Positions 10,164 to 22,492 of a stretch of DNA of 64,000 bases are shown in pieces; position 1 is the stretch's first letter; each line of letters opens with the position of its first letter. The stretch is from Nitrospirota bacterium (GTDB lineage Bacteria; Nitrospirota; UBA9217): NCBI GenBank assembly GCA_963754875.1, contig CAVWHO010000008.1, positions 128,001 to 192,000 of the forward strand, given 5' to 3'. A model generated the notes under the pieces. It saw only the letters and a program-made list of their open reading frames with translations, searched no databases and was not told the DNA's origin. A program made the position numbers and the translations under genes.

Positions 10164-10778
10164 ATGCATCGAATTGTAAAAAAATATGCTAAGTTCCTTG
10201 AAAAATCCAGCGACAAGTTCCGCGAGGCAACTAACAAGCACGGTGTGGGCTGCAAACGTGGTTGCAACGAATGCTGTTCCGTAGGATTCTTCGACATCAC
10301 GCTCCTCGATGCCATCCATCTTCGGGCAGCGTTGAAAGAGGTCCCCTTGGATATTCGAAACAAAGTGATCGCAAAGGCCAATGAACAACTCGACATCCTG
10401 GAGAAGAAGAAAGCCTTTTCACGGAAAGATCCGCTGCTCAAGTCGCTGCCCGCCATCGACTCTATATCACGCCGGTCAGCCAAAATGCAGTGCCCGGCCC
10501 TGGACGACAACGGCGCATGCCTGATCTACAATCAGCGGCCGCACATCTGCCGTATATTCGGACCGACTATTCGCGGCCCGCGTCGCGCGGTCAGGCTCGA
10601 AGGGTGCGGTTATTTTACCAAAGACATCCCGGAAGCGGATTTTCCCATCTTCGACCATTATAATGAAGAAAAGGCAATGCAAAAAGCCATGTTCCAGAAG
10701 GCAGGCCGCAAGCGGATCCGCGAAGTCGACACAATCATTCCTGCGGCCCTGACCCTGGATCTGAAGAAGTGGCTGTGA
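10164..10778 (+). CDS. YkgJ-family Cys-cluster (putative Zn/Fe-chelating) protein
   Basis: CKRGCNECC ... CPALDDNGACLIYNQRPHICRIFG. Confidence 0.85.
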   Translation: MHRIVKKYAKFLEKSSDKFREATNKHGVGCKRGCNECCSVGFFDITLLDAIHLRAALKEVPLDIRNKVIAKANEQLDILEKKKAFSRKDPLLKSLPAIDSISRRSAKMQCPALDDNGACLIYNQRPHICRIFGPTIRGPRRAVRLEGCGYFTKDIPEADFPIFDHYNEEKAMQKAMFQKAGRKRIREVDTIIPAALTLDLKKWL

Positions 10779-10887
10779 TTCTTCAGAATTCAGGAGCCAG
10801 AAGACAGAAGCCAGATCAAACGATAATCAAAATCTAATTAATGCAATCTTAGTGCTGGGTCCTGGCTACCGACTCAGCTAGTTAACC

Positions 10888-11436
10888 ATGGAAATCCTCA
10901 GCAAAAAAATCGTCTGGACGGGCAAGTTCATGAGCGCCGTGGAAATCACCTACCGCGATGCGCACGGCATCGTTCGCACCTGGGAAGCGCTCGAGCGTGT
11001 GGGGGTCGGCGGCATCGTGGTGATGGTCGCGGTCACACCGTCCGGCAACGTCGTCTTCGAAAAGCAGTTTCGGCCTCCGGTCGGTCGGGACGTCATCGAA
11101 CTCCCCGCCGGGCTTGTCGAGTCAAACGAATCCATGGAAGTCGCAGCCAAACGTGAACTAATTGAAGAAACAGGATGGTCGGCAGGAAAGCTCGAATTCC
11201 TCGCCGAAGGCCCCATATCGACGGGGGCCTCCACTGAGGCCCTCCGGGCTTATCTCTGCACGGAGCTGGAGCAGGTAGGTAAAAGCGGCGGCGATGACAA
11301 TGAGATCATCGAGGTCATCGAGGTCCCGCTCCGGGAGGCTCAGGATTTCCTCAGGGAAGCCCAGAAAAAAAATACCCTCGTTGACCTTAAGGTGTTCGGA
11401 CTCGTGGAATTGGCGCGCAAAGCGCTAGGACTCTAA
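10888..11436 (+). CDS. NUDIX hydrolase (ADP-ribose pyrophosphatase-like)
   Basis: QFRPP..IELPAGLVESNESMEVAAKRELIEETG Nudix box. Confidence 0.9.
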   Translation: MEILSKKIVWTGKFMSAVEITYRDAHGIVRTWEALERVGVGGIVVMVAVTPSGNVVFEKQFRPPVGRDVIELPAGLVESNESMEVAAKRELIEETGWSAGKLEFLAEGPISTGASTEALRAYLCTELEQVGKSGGDDNEIIEVIEVPLREAQDFLREAQKKNTLVDLKVFGLVELARKALGL

Positions 11437-11525
11437 ACTCCAATTGATTGTCAAACCAGCATTTCGGAAGAGACACTCACATTTCCACACCAATTGCTAA
11501 AGCAATCGTCATTAATGCTCCGCAT

Positions 11526-12116
11526 TTATTTAGAAGTTGAGACAACAAGTGTTTTCCCTGCCTCGTATGCCTCGTGCAATGCTGTTGGATGGTCTCTGAT
11601 TGCCCCTTTCTTATCAACGGCATCAAACGCCAGGGTGACGTGCTCCTGGACGTTAACGGTCCTGAAAAAAGCCCGCACCGTCGCCTCTGCACATTGAAAG
11701 CCGACATTCCTCTCGTTTTGCTTCATACCTCCGACCAGCAGCAGCAACCCCTTGCGTCCGAAGGCACCCGCAGGGACAGGTTTTTTATGCACGTATTTCT
11801 CAGCCCAAAAAGCCTGGCATCGGTCTATCATAATTTTGGTCTGGGCGCTTATGCTGAAAAAAAAGATGGGAGAAGCAACAACGATCCTGTCCGCGCTCCG
11901 GATTTCCCGGTGAAGCGTCTGCATATCGTCTTTGACCACACAAAGCCCTGCATCGTCGCATTTCCCACAGTTCAGGCACGCCCGGAGATCAAGCGCATCG
12001 AGATTGTATGTCGTCACCTCGCCGCCGTGGTCCTTCACTCCCCTGATCGCCTCGGCGAGAAGAATTTCCGTGTTACCTTCCCTTCTCGGGCTTCCGTTAA
12101 ATGCGATTACCTTCAT
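11526..12116 (-). CDS. Flavodoxin-family / iron-sulfur flavoprotein (NADPH-dependent FMN reductase fold)
   Basis: NGSPRREGNT, CLNCGKC..C, ASPIFF, KIMIDRC. Confidence 0.88.
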   Translation of the reverse strand: MKVIAFNGSPRREGNTEILLAEAIRGVKDHGGEVTTYNLDALDLRACLNCGKCDDAGLCVVKDDMQTLHREIRSADRIVVASPIFFFSISAQTKIMIDRCQAFWAEKYVHKKPVPAGAFGRKGLLLLVGGMKQNERNVGFQCAEATVRAFFRTVNVQEHVTLAFDAVDKKGAIRDHPTALHEAYEAGKTLVVSTSK

Positions 12117-12160
12117 AGCTTTCCCCTGTCAACAATCCGGCCCTCTTCGTCCCTCTTTGG

Positions 12161-12763
12161 TTACAGATAATCCTGCAACTGTTTTTTAAAGTCATCCCTC
12201 GTGACGAAATGGATCGTCTGCAACCCCTGACGCCGAGCGCGGACAATATGGTTGATATTGTCATCGACAAAGAGTGTTTGTTCAGGTCGGGTGCCGAGCG
12301 CTGAACAGACATCTACGAAGACCGACCCATCGCGCTTGCTCTTGTGGATATGGTAGGAATTAAAGACCCGGTCGAAATGCCGAAACAGCAGCGTCCTTTC
12401 ATTGATTTCATCGAGCCAGTTGGTCTGGTCGCTCAGCATTGCGACTCTCACACCGCGTTTCCGCAGCGTGTCAACATCGGACAACATATCAGGCCTGATC
12501 ACAAATCTGCGAAGAATTTCCTGTTTCAGCGATTCATCGTCGCCCGTTATGCCGGTCCTGCTCCTGACGGCGTTCCAGAACTCGGCTTCATCAGCTGTGC
12601 CGATAAGATATCCCGTCTCATAGATGAGAGAATCAACAACAGTAAAAAAAGATTTCGGATCAAGCCCGTTTTGTTTTCCGATGGCCTGCAGCCCTTTGAA
12701 AAATCCTTCTTCTGCGATGACCCCGCCGAAATCAAAGAGAACCACCCTGATGATCTGCCCCAT
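12161..12763 (-). CDS. HAD-family phosphatase
   Basis: VVLFDFGGVI motif I, LFVDD motif IV. Confidence 0.88.
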   Translation of the reverse strand: MGQIIRVVLFDFGGVIAEEGFFKGLQAIGKQNGLDPKSFFTVVDSLIYETGYLIGTADEAEFWNAVRSRTGITGDDESLKQEILRRFVIRPDMLSDVDTLRKRGVRVAMLSDQTNWLDEINERTLLFRHFDRVFNSYHIHKSKRDGSVFVDVCSALGTRPEQTLFVDDNINHIVRARRQGLQTIHFVTRDDFKKQLQDYL

Positions 12764-12943
12764 GTTGACTTCCTTTTTGCATTCGATCGTCACCGTCGCA
12801 CTCTGTTGTAATCACGGCGAAAACCATGACTGTAAAATAGCACACTTGGGACAGGACTGCAAAAAAAACTTGACTATCTCCTGCGAGTCTGTATAATTTC
12901 GACCCTAAGTACGAAAGCCGCACGCGGAGCGACGGACGGTCTG

Positions 12944-14047
12944 ATGCAAAACACACCTGATCCAGTTCTGTATTGGGTAGGACTGAGCAGCATCCCCGGC
13001 GTGGGCAGAACGACTTTCAGAAGACTCGTCGAACGCTTCGGCTCTCCCGAGCGTGCACTCGGTGCAGGCCGCGATGATCTGCAATCCGTCGAAGGTTTAC
13101 CCCGCAAGGTCGTTGACTCGCTTTGTTCCTTCTCCTGGCGCGAACAGGCCGCAGAAGAACTGAAAAAAGCCTCGGATGCGGGCGTTGCCATCATTACCCT
13201 TGACAGCCCTGTTTACCCGGCTTGCCTTCGAGATACTCCCGACCCTCCGCTCTACCTTTATGTAAAAGGTACGCTGAGACCTGAAGACGAAAATGCCGTG
13301 GCAATCGTCGGCACGCGGAAGCCGACGCACTACGGGACGACCGTAACAAGCAGGATTTCATCGGAACTTTCATCGTCCGGCGTTACCATCGTGAGCGGCA
13401 TGGCGCGAGGTATCGACACCCAGGCCCATCGCGGGGCGCTTGCCGCGCAGGGCAGGACCATCGCAGTGCTCGGATGCGGCATCGATGTGGTGTATCCGCC
13501 GGAGAACAGGGACCTGATGGACCGGATCAGCCGTTCGGGCGCGGTTGTGACGGAAAATGCCTTCGGCACCAAACCGGAAGCCGGCTATTTCCCGGCCCGT
13601 AACCGGATCATCAGCGGTCTCGCGCGCGGGACCGTGATCATCGAAGCATCAGAAGACAGCGGCTCGCTGATCACGTCGCGCTATACTCTCGAACAGGGCC
13701 GACAACTGTTCGCCGTACCGGGGAACATCGGCGCGCCGACCAGCCGGGGCTCGAACAGCCTCATCAAAGAAGGCGCGATCCTCGTGGAAGGCGCGGAGGA
13801 CATTCTGGCCGGACTCGGCGTCAAACGCAGACCCGGCGCAGCGGGACCGGGTCGACGTCCCCTGCCGGCGCTCACGCAGGAAGAAGAAACCGTGTTCCGG
13901 TGTGTTACGTATGAAGCGAAACATATCGATATGATCATGAGCGAAAGTCGTGTCTCAGCGGGAAGGCTGAGCGGGGTCCTGATCAACCTCGAATTAAAAG
14001 GGCTTGCAAAACAGCTTCCAGGGAAGTATTTTATACGGGTCGAATAA
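12944..14047 (+). CDS. dprA: DNA-processing protein DprA
   Basis: VAIVGTR, VSGMARGIDTQAH, FPARNRIISGL, C-terminal wHTH; TTGACT-N16-TATAAT upstream. Confidence 0.96.
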   Translation: MQNTPDPVLYWVGLSSIPGVGRTTFRRLVERFGSPERALGAGRDDLQSVEGLPRKVVDSLCSFSWREQAAEELKKASDAGVAIITLDSPVYPACLRDTPDPPLYLYVKGTLRPEDENAVAIVGTRKPTHYGTTVTSRISSELSSSGVTIVSGMARGIDTQAHRGALAAQGRTIAVLGCGIDVVYPPENRDLMDRISRSGAVVTENAFGTKPEAGYFPARNRIISGLARGTVIIEASEDSGSLITSRYTLEQGRQLFAVPGNIGAPTSRGSNSLIKEGAILVEGAEDILAGLGVKRRPGAAGPGRRPLPALTQEEETVFRCVTYEAKHIDMIMSESRVSAGRLSGVLINLELKGLAKQLPGKYFIRVE

Positions 14048-14150
14048 AAAGCTCTACCGCATAGTCACCCCCTGCAACGAAAGCGGCATGTTTCTTTTTT
14101 CAGGAGTCCCTTTCGGCGGTGTATCAGTGCGGCAGAAACAGGAGTGTAGT

Positions 14151-14627
14151 TTGGACGAACGGATGATGCACTTGTTCTCGCTTATTGCAGACCAGGTACA
14201 GAACAAACAGGAACTTTTCGATGAAGAAGGGAAGATCATGCAGGCCCTGCTGAACGACGGGTATCGGCTGCATGAAGCGGACGCAGCGTTGACGCTCATG
14301 CAGACCCTCGTGCAAAAACAGTCTGAAGAGTTGTTCACTCCGGCAGCAATGCCGGCACGGTCCGGTTTGCGGGCGATGACCCGGGAAGAACGCGGGCGCT
14401 TCACCATCGACGCCTTCGGGTTTGTTACAAAACTCACACACCTCGGAATCATATCGGAAGACCAGCGTGAGGAACTGCTGGAACGGGCCATGACGGCATA
14501 TGCAGAACGGCTAGAGTTGGACCATATAAAAGCACTGATAGCTTTTACGCTCTTTGTTCCTCATCATGAACGCGTTGCGACCGACAAGGCCGTTATTCGC
14601 CAGATAAGGACGACAGCCTGGAATTAA
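14151..14627 (+). CDS. smg: Smg / DUF494-family protein
   Basis: Lies between dprA and topA; LRAMTREERGRF..AFGF..KLTHLGII..QREELLERAM; TTG start with AGGAG. Confidence 0.7.
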   Translation: MDERMMHLFSLIADQVQNKQELFDEEGKIMQALLNDGYRLHEADAALTLMQTLVQKQSEELFTPAAMPARSGLRAMTREERGRFTIDAFGFVTKLTHLGIISEDQREELLERAMTAYAERLELDHIKALIAFTLFVPHHERVATDKAVIRQIRTTAWN

Positions 14628-14733
14628 GATGCACATCTCCGCGGAGAATGTGAATACCATGATTGGCCGGAGGGCTCCTTCTTAATTCTGAGGGTGCGCT
14701 CTTGGTTGAAAAAAAGTTTTAAGGTTTATCAGA

Positions 14734-17031
14734 ATGAAATCACTCGTCATAGTTGAGTCGCCTGCAAAGGCAAAGACCATCGCCAAATATCTCGGCAAGG
14801 ACTATACGGTCAAGGCCTCGGTGGGTCACGTCATGGACCTGCCCAAGAGCAAACTCGGCGTAGACATCGAAAAAGACTTCGAGCCAAGCTACATCCAGAT
14901 CAAGGGCAAGGGCCCGGTCGTGAAAGAGCTCAAGGCCGCCGCAAAAAAGGCAGACCGCATCCTGCTCGCAACGGACCCGGACCGCGAGGGCGAGGCCATC
15001 GCCTACCACGTCGCCGAGGTCCTTTCAGGGAGCGCCAAGACCACCGAAGTATACCGCGTCCTCTTCAATGAAATAACCAAGAAAGCAATTCTCCTCGCCA
15101 TAGAGCATCCCGGAAAGATCGATATAAACAAAGTAGATGCCCAGCAGGCGCGGCGCGTTCTCGACCGTCTCGTGGGCTATCAGATAAGCCCCATTCTCTG
15201 GAAAAAAGTGCGGCGCGGGCTTTCGGCAGGCCGGGTCCAGTCCGTGGCCCTTCGGCTGATCTGCGAGCGGGAAGAAGAGATCAAGGCCTTCGTGCCGGAA
15301 GAGTTCTGGTCGCTCACTGCCCTGCTCGAAGGGAAACTGCCGCCGCAGTTCGAGGCTAAGCTTCTAAAAAAAGACGAAGAGAAGCTCAGGGTCAAGAACA
15401 ACGAAGAAGTGCAAAAGATCCTTGTTGACCTCCAGGGCGCAACTTATAGTGTTTCTAAAATTGATAAAAAAGAACGGCGGCGCAACCCCGTGCCGCCCTT
15501 CACGACAAGCAAGCTGCAACAAGAGGGCGGCCGTAAGCTCGGCTTCACGTCCAAGAGGACCATGGGCATTGCTCAATCCCTCTACGAAGGAGTCGATATC
15601 GGCAAGGAAGGGACCGTCGGTCTCATCACCTACATGAGGACCGATTCGACCCGTGTGGGCAAAGAAGCCCAGGACGAGGCCCGGGAGTTCATCTCGAATA
15701 AATACGGCAAGGAGTATCTGCCGGAAAAACCACCTGTATACGCCAGCGCCAAGTCCGCCCAGGAAGCCCATGAGGCCGTCCGGCCGACGTCGGTATTGCG
15801 CGAACCCGATGCGATCAAACAGTATCTCGAACCGGACCAGTATAAACTCTATAAGCTCATCTGGAACCGCTTCGTGGCAAGCCAGATGAACCCCGCAATC
15901 ATCGACCAGACCTCGGTCGATGTTAAAGCAGGCGATTACACGTTTCGGGCCACCGGGTCTATCGTAAAATTCCCGGGTTTTATGGCGGTCTATATGGAAG
16001 AAAAGTCCGAGGACCAGGCGCCGTCGGAGGAAGAGAACGGAGAAGCTGTTTTGCCGCCCCTGAACGAAGGAGAAACGCTCTCTCTCGTCAAGCTCGACCC
16101 CAAACAGCACTTCACCCAGCCGCCGCCGAGATTTTCTGAAGCATTGCTCGTAAAAACCCTCGAAGAAAAGGGCATCGGCAGGCCGAGCACCTACGCGGCG
16201 ATTATTTCTACCATCCAGGAACGCGACTACGTTAACAAGGTGGAAAATAAGTTTCGTCCTACCGAACTGGGGGTCCTCGTGAGCGATCTCCTCGTCAGCC
16301 ATTTCCCGGTGGTCATGGACGTGGCCTTTACTGCCAAAATGGAGGAGGACCTCGATAAAATAGAAGAAGGCCAGCTGCCGTGGGTAGAAGCGGTAAGAGT
16401 CTTTTACAAGCCATTTAGCGAAAGCCTCGAAAAAGCCCAGGCCGAGATGAAAGACTTCAAGGCCGAGCAGGTGCCTACGGACATCACCTGTGAAAAATGC
16501 GGCAAACCCATGGTGGTCAAGTGGGGCAGGAACGGCCAGTTCCTCGCCTGCAGCGGGTATCCCGACTGCAAAACCACCAAACCCTTTGTGCGCAACGAGA
16601 ATGGTGTTGTGGAGGCCGCGCCCGAAGAAACGACTGACGAGAAATGTCCCAAGTGCGGCTCCGCCATGATGATCAAGCGGGGCAGGTTCGGAAAATTTCT
16701 CGCCTGTTCACGCTACCCGGAGTGCAAGTATACGCAAGGCATGTCTACCGGCGTTCTCTGCCCTGAAGACGGCGGGAAGCTTGTTGAGCGGCGCTCACGC
16801 TTCGGGAAAATGTTCTATTCCTGCGCCAACTACCCCGACTGCAAATTCGCCATCTGGAACAAACCCCTTCCCCGCCCCTGTCCGAAGTGCGGCGCTCCCT
16901 TCCTCGTGGAAAAGTATTCCAAGAAAACCGGTGTATCCATCGTCTGCATGAAGAAAGAATGCGACTACAAGGAAGAGCCGAAGATTGAGGAACAGGAGTC
17001 GATAGCCGAGGACCAGACCGCGAAAGTCTGA
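14734..17031 (+). CDS. topA: DNA topoisomerase I
   Basis: LVIVESPAKAKTI, ATDPDREGEAI, SAGRVQS, ITYMRTD, C-terminal C4 zinc ribbons. Confidence 0.98.
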   Translation: MKSLVIVESPAKAKTIAKYLGKDYTVKASVGHVMDLPKSKLGVDIEKDFEPSYIQIKGKGPVVKELKAAAKKADRILLATDPDREGEAIAYHVAEVLSGSAKTTEVYRVLFNEITKKAILLAIEHPGKIDINKVDAQQARRVLDRLVGYQISPILWKKVRRGLSAGRVQSVALRLICEREEEIKAFVPEEFWSLTALLEGKLPPQFEAKLLKKDEEKLRVKNNEEVQKILVDLQGATYSVSKIDKKERRRNPVPPFTTSKLQQEGGRKLGFTSKRTMGIAQSLYEGVDIGKEGTVGLITYMRTDSTRVGKEAQDEAREFISNKYGKEYLPEKPPVYASAKSAQEAHEAVRPTSVLREPDAIKQYLEPDQYKLYKLIWNRFVASQMNPAIIDQTSVDVKAGDYTFRATGSIVKFPGFMAVYMEEKSEDQAPSEEENGEAVLPPLNEGETLSLVKLDPKQHFTQPPPRFSEALLVKTLEEKGIGRPSTYAAIISTIQERDYVNKVENKFRPTELGVLVSDLLVSHFPVVMDVAFTAKMEEDLDKIEEGQLPWVEAVRVFYKPFSESLEKAQAEMKDFKAEQVPTDITCEKCGKPMVVKWGRNGQFLACSGYPDCKTTKPFVRNENGVVEAAPEETTDEKCPKCGSAMMIKRGRFGKFLACSRYPECKYTQGMSTGVLCPEDGGKLVERRSRFGKMFYSCANYPDCKFAIWNKPLPRPCPKCGAPFLVEKYSKKTGVSIVCMKKECDYKEEPKIEEQESIAEDQTAKV

Positions 17032-17147
17032 TCACGAACGCAGGAAATCACCCGTCGTCGCAAATTGTTTCGTACAGCCTATTCCCTAATCCCCACAACG
17101 ATGGGGAAACCCTTGCAAATTCCCGCTTCTTACGATAAAGTACCCGC

Positions 17148-18050
17148 ATGAGGAAGTACATCTTCAATTTCATTCATTACCTCAAGAGCGAAAAAAATGT
17201 TTCTTTCCATACCGAGAGAAGCTATCTTTCGGACCTGGAACAGTTCGCCGATTTCCTCGACGGCAAGGACGCCGGAGCGGTCGACCACCAGACGCTCCGC
17301 CAGTTCATCGCTCTTTTCATGAAAAAAGGAACGAAGAAATCCTCGATCGCGCGTAAGCTGTCCGCAATCAGGTCTTTTTTCAAATATCTGAACCGTGAGG
17401 GGATCCTTGCCGGCAATCCCGCACGACTTGTGAGCACACCCCGACGGGAAAAAAGACTCCCCGCGGTGCTGACCGCAGACGACGCACAGCGACTCATGGA
17501 AGCGCCGGGCACAACGAGGCACGACGGCGGCGATACGATTTTCCGGGATCGGGCGGTCCTTGAAACGCTCTACTCAACCGGCATCCGGGCGAGTGAACTC
17601 ACCGGCATGAACCGCGAAGACATCGATCGGCATGACCGGCTCGTCCGTATCAGGGGAAAGGGACGCAAAGAGCGGGTCGTGCCTATCGGGCAGAAGGCGC
17701 TTGATGTGGTCGATGCATACCTCAGCAGCAGAAGAAACAGCGTGGATCCTGCCGCAGTCTTTACGGGTCCGTCGGGAAAACGCTTGACAGCGCGCACGGT
17801 TCAGCGTATTTTAGAAAATTATAGAAAATCACTCGGCCTGGCCCAGAAAGCCAGCCCGCATACACTGCGTCACAGCTTCGCGACTCACTTGCTCGAATCC
17901 GGAGCTGATCTGCGGGCAATCCAGGAGCTTCTCGGACACGCGAGCCTCTCGACGACGCAGCGGTATACTCACCTCAATCTCGACTCGCTCATGGAAACCT
18001 ATGATAAGGCCCATCCAAGGGCGAGGAGGCGGAGGGGCGAGGGAAGATAG
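17148..18050 (+). CDS. xerC: Tyrosine recombinase XerC
   Basis: LYSTGIRASEL, GKGRKER, HTLRHSFATH, LLGHASLSTTQRY; topA-xerC-hslV context. Confidence 0.9.
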   Translation: MRKYIFNFIHYLKSEKNVSFHTERSYLSDLEQFADFLDGKDAGAVDHQTLRQFIALFMKKGTKKSSIARKLSAIRSFFKYLNREGILAGNPARLVSTPRREKRLPAVLTADDAQRLMEAPGTTRHDGGDTIFRDRAVLETLYSTGIRASELTGMNREDIDRHDRLVRIRGKGRKERVVPIGQKALDVVDAYLSSRRNSVDPAAVFTGPSGKRLTARTVQRILENYRKSLGLAQKASPHTLRHSFATHLLESGADLRAIQELLGHASLSTTQRYTHLNLDSLMETYDKAHPRARRRRGEGR

Positions 18051-18160
18051 ACGAGGGACGTTGCACTGGAACCGAGGGACGACGGACGAGGGACGAAAAG
18101 TCGCAATTGACTGCGTCCATCTTTCTCGTGAGCTGAGCGAGCGGTCGTCCATCGTCCATC
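18036..18160. repeat. Heptamer-based (GACGAGG/CGTCCAT) palindromic interspersed repeat
   Basis: Related in reverse complement to 42815-42900. Confidence 0.55.
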
Positions 18161-18182
18161 ATTATTTTTTACAGGAGGCATC

Positions 18183-18725
18183 ATGGGAGAAATAACCCCC
18201 TTGCACGGAACAACGATCCTGTCCGTGAGACGGAATGGCAAGTCGGCGATCGCAGGCGACGGTCAAGTTACGGTCGGCACGACAGTAATGAAGCACAACG
18301 CGAAAAAAGTACGAAAGATGTTCAATGACAAGGTCATTGCCGGATTCGCGGGTGCGACGGCCGACGCATTCACGCTCTTCGAGAAATTCGAGGCCAAACT
18401 CGAGCAGTACCACGGTAATCTGACACGCGCAGCTGTGGAACTGGCCAAGGACTGGAGAACGGACAGAGTGCTCCGGAGGCTGGAAGCCCTGATGATCGTT
18501 GCCGACAATGAACGATCCTTTATCCTCTCCGGGAACGGTGACGTGATCGAGCCGGAGCAAGGCATTCTGGCAATAGGCTCCGGCGGCCCCTACGCCCTCG
18601 CAGCCGCGCAGGCGCTCATGAAGCACACATCGCTCGACGCGCGGGCTATCGTGGAAGAGGCCTTACGGATAGCCGGCGATATCTGCATCTACACGAATAA
18701 GGAAATCACAATAGAAGAATTGTAA
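18183..18725 (+). CDS. hslV: ATP-dependent protease subunit HslV
   Basis: [33 protein letters not shown]. Confidence 0.97.
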   Translation: MGEITPLHGTTILSVRRNGKSAIAGDGQVTVGTTVMKHNAKKVRKMFNDKVIAGFAGATADAFTLFEKFEAKLEQYHGNLTRAAVELAKDWRTDRVLRRLEALMIVADNERSFILSGNGDVIEPEQGILAIGSGGPYALAAAQALMKHTSLDARAIVEEALRIAGDICIYTNKEITIEEL

Positions 18726-18842
18726 TAACAGGAGACAGCAGACAAGGTGCCGGAAGCCAGAATAAGACGGAGAAGCCCACGCGCGTTTACCCGGACTCCT
18801 GGCTCCTGACCCCTGACTGCTGTTTTCATTCCGGAGGTTTTT

Positions 18843-20187
18843 TTGAATAATTCGCTTACACCACGTCAGGTTGTCGAAGAACTGGACAAGTACATTATCG
18901 GCCAGCACAAGGCCAAGCGGGCCGTTGCCATCGCGCTCAGGAACCGTTGGAGACGCCAGCGTTTGTCCGAAGATTTGCGCGATGAAGTAATGCCGAAGAA
19001 CATCATCATGATCGGCCCCACGGGCGTGGGAAAAACCGAGATCGCCCGGAGGCTCGCGAAGCTTGTCCAGGCACCATTCCTCAAGATCGAGGCCTCAAAG
19101 TTTACCGAAGTGGGATACGTTGGACGAGATGTTGACTCGATCGTGCGCGACCTCACTGAGATCGGGATAAACATGGTTAAAAACGAAATGGCCGAGATGG
19201 TGAGAGAAAAAGCAGAGGCCCTGGCCGAAGAGCGGCTGCTTGATCTCCTGCTGCCGCCGCCCAGGATCTCCCCGGGATCGGAAGCCCCGACGTCCGAGCA
19301 GCAGGAACAGCATTCGACGACGCGGGAAAAGCTCAGGCAGCAGCTCCGCGAGGGGAAGCTCGACAGCCGCTCGGTTGAGCTCGAAACGAAAGAAAAAGTA
19401 ATGCCCTTCGGCATCGTCTCTAATGTCGGCATGGAAGAGATCGAGATGAACCTCAAGGAGATGCTGGGAGGACTGCTGCCGGAAAAAACGAAGCGCCGAA
19501 AAGTGAAAGTTCCTGATGGACTGAGGCTCCTCGTGCAGGAAGAAGCCGCAAAGCTCATCGACATGGATAAGGTGACCCGTGAAGCGCTCGAGCGCGTTGA
19601 ACAATCCGGCATTGTGTTCCTCGACGAGATAGACAAGATTGCCGGCCGTGAATCGCACGGTCCGGACGTGTCGCGCGAGGGCGTACAGCGGGACCTTCTG
19701 CCGATCGTCGAAGGCTCGACGATCTCGACTAAATACGGACCGGTCAAAACCGACCATATCCTCTTCATCGCGGCAGGCGCGTTTCATGTGTCCAAACCGT
19801 CGGACCTTATCCCGGAGTTGCAGGGCCGTTTTCCGATCCGGGTTGAGCTTGACTCCCTCGGCAAGACGGATTTCGTTCGTATCTTGACAGAACCTCAGAA
19901 TGCGCTCATCAAGCAGCATGTTGCGCTTATGGCCACGGAGGAAATCACTCTTAATTTCTTCGAGCGATGCCATCGAAGAGATCGCCGGCATAGCAGCCCA
20001 GGTGAACGAGCGGACCGAGAACATCGGAGCGCGCAGGCTTCATACGATCATGGAGAGGCTGCTCGACGAAATCTCGTTCGATGCTCCTGAAAAAAAAGGG
20101 ACCAAGGCCTCGATCAATGCGCAGTACGTACAGGAACGACTGGCTGAGGTTCTGAAGAGCGAGGATCTGAGCAGATATATTCTATGA
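18843..20187 (+). CDS. hslU: ATP-dependent protease ATPase HslU (one frameshift near 19958)
   Basis: [18 protein letters not shown]-terminus ([16 protein letters not shown]...DLSRYIL) continues in another frame after ITLNF. Confidence 0.95.
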
Positions 20188-20236
20188 GCTTTTGAACCAC
20201 AGGAGCTTCCGGGGCCCTTCATATGCTGATTTTTGA

Positions 20237-21283
<1,047 letters not shown>

Positions 21284-21434
21284 ATTTATAGTGGGAACAA
21301 ATCAAGAGAGGATGATCATGCATCCTCTTTTTTTGTTCGACGATGCGGCCGAATTGCTCAAGCTCATGCATGGACACCTGATTCTGCACAGGCGGCTCGT
21401 TGACAGCGGCAGGGCAAAGGTGTAATATTTTTTT

Positions 21435-21896
21435 ATGGTTTTTTTAATACCATTCTGCCAAGCCAGGGAAATAACTGTTATCCGCAATGCTGTTCTCATA
21501 TGCCTCATCATTTTCCCCCCGTTTTACTTCAGCAACCCGGCGAACGCGCAGGTCGCTCCATCGGGATACAGCCTCGTTGGAACAATTAAGAGCGGAGATT
21601 TTTCCGGAGCCGTCATCATCATAGCCAAAGAACAGTCCTTTTTCAGATTAAATGAGAAATTGCCGGATGGGTCTCTGGTCGTAAAGGTGCGCGACGACAG
21701 CATTTCACTCAAGGGACCCGACGGGACCCTCTATGATATGTATATTTCCCATGAAAAGACGGTGGGGTCTGTTGCCCCGCCGCCGGCATACACGACTTCA
21801 CCGCAACCGGCGGCCGCGGTAACCAATGTTGGCCCGGACCGGCCAGTTGCCCGATCACGACGTCGGCATGTGCATTCACAGTCGGAATATGAATAG
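21435..21896 (+). CDS. Stand-alone GspC HR-domain-like exported protein (paralog 1)
   Basis: Hydrophobic segment + ANA-Q, then YSLVGTI..GAVI...QSFFRLNEKLPDGSLVVKVRDDSISL, resembling the T2SS GspC HR / PilP domain; paralog at 28522. Confidence 0.55.
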   Translation: MVFLIPFCQAREITVIRNAVLICLIIFPPFYFSNPANAQVAPSGYSLVGTIKSGDFSGAVIIIAKEQSFFRLNEKLPDGSLVVKVRDDSISLKGPDGTLYDMYISHEKTVGSVAPPPAYTTSPQPAAAVTNVGPDRPVARSRRRHVHSQSEYE

Positions 21897-21943
21897 GCAT
21901 TACTTACGGACCTGAGCACTGTAGAACTACTTCCGAATAGCAA

Positions 21944-21978
21944 AGAGGGGTTACGGAAAATTCCGCAACCCCTCTTTC
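21944..21978. terminator. Bidirectional terminator-like hairpin
   Basis: AGAGGGGTTACGG..CCGCAACCCCTCT between convergent genes. Confidence 0.65.
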
Positions 21979-22013
21979 TATGATTATTGTACTGCGCTCA
22001 CGATCTTCTACTA

Positions 22014-22355
22014 CTACAGGCTCGCCTTCCAAACAGACTTGCCCTGACTATCTTGCTCTTTAAAAATCTTAAAAGTCGGCGTAGTCACCATTTGCTTAGT
22101 CTGGCCGTTGATCATATTCACCTTTAAGCTGAGCTTGACTTTTACCGGCCAGAAACCGCCCGCGTCCTTCTTGCCTTTTTCAAGGATTACAATCGGCTCC
22201 GTAAGGCTAAACCCTCCGCTTTTAAGAAAAACACTGTCGTTTATTGCCTTGAGTATTTCCGCATCAGAAGGGCCGAAAAAACGCGAGCAACCCGCTCCGT
22301 TGAGGACAATAGTAAACAACACAAAAGCCACAACAAGTTTTATCCCGTTTTTCAC
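22014..22355 (-). CDS. Small lipoprotein of unknown function (paralog 1)
   Basis: Lipobox GAGC, then FGPSDAEILKAIN; GTG start with AAGGAG; paralog at 29336. Confidence 0.8.
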   Translation of the reverse strand: MKNGIKLVVAFVLFTIVLNGAGCSRFFGPSDAEILKAINDSVFLKSGGFSLTEPIVILEKGKKDAGGFWPVKVKLSLKVNMINGQTKQMVTTPTFKIFKEQDSQGKSVWKASL

Positions 22356-22492
22356 TTCATTATCTCCTTAAACTGACATTATCGCAAAAACTGTTGATTA
22401 ATGGAAAAAGAGAATGCCCGGGCTCACATCCGGGCACTCTCCTCTTCTAATTCTTACCTCTGGCAATGTCACGGTCAGTTCATGCGTCACTA

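Noticed and set aside
17148..18050. Tyrosine recombinase as an island or phage integrase
   Set aside because: Size and the topA-xerC-hslVU context indicate housekeeping XerC; no att sites or cargo nearby
18036..18160. Short repeats here and at 43505-43575 as CRISPR arrays
   Set aside because: Units are degenerate 7-mers with no constant repeat/unique spacer structure, and no cas genes are present
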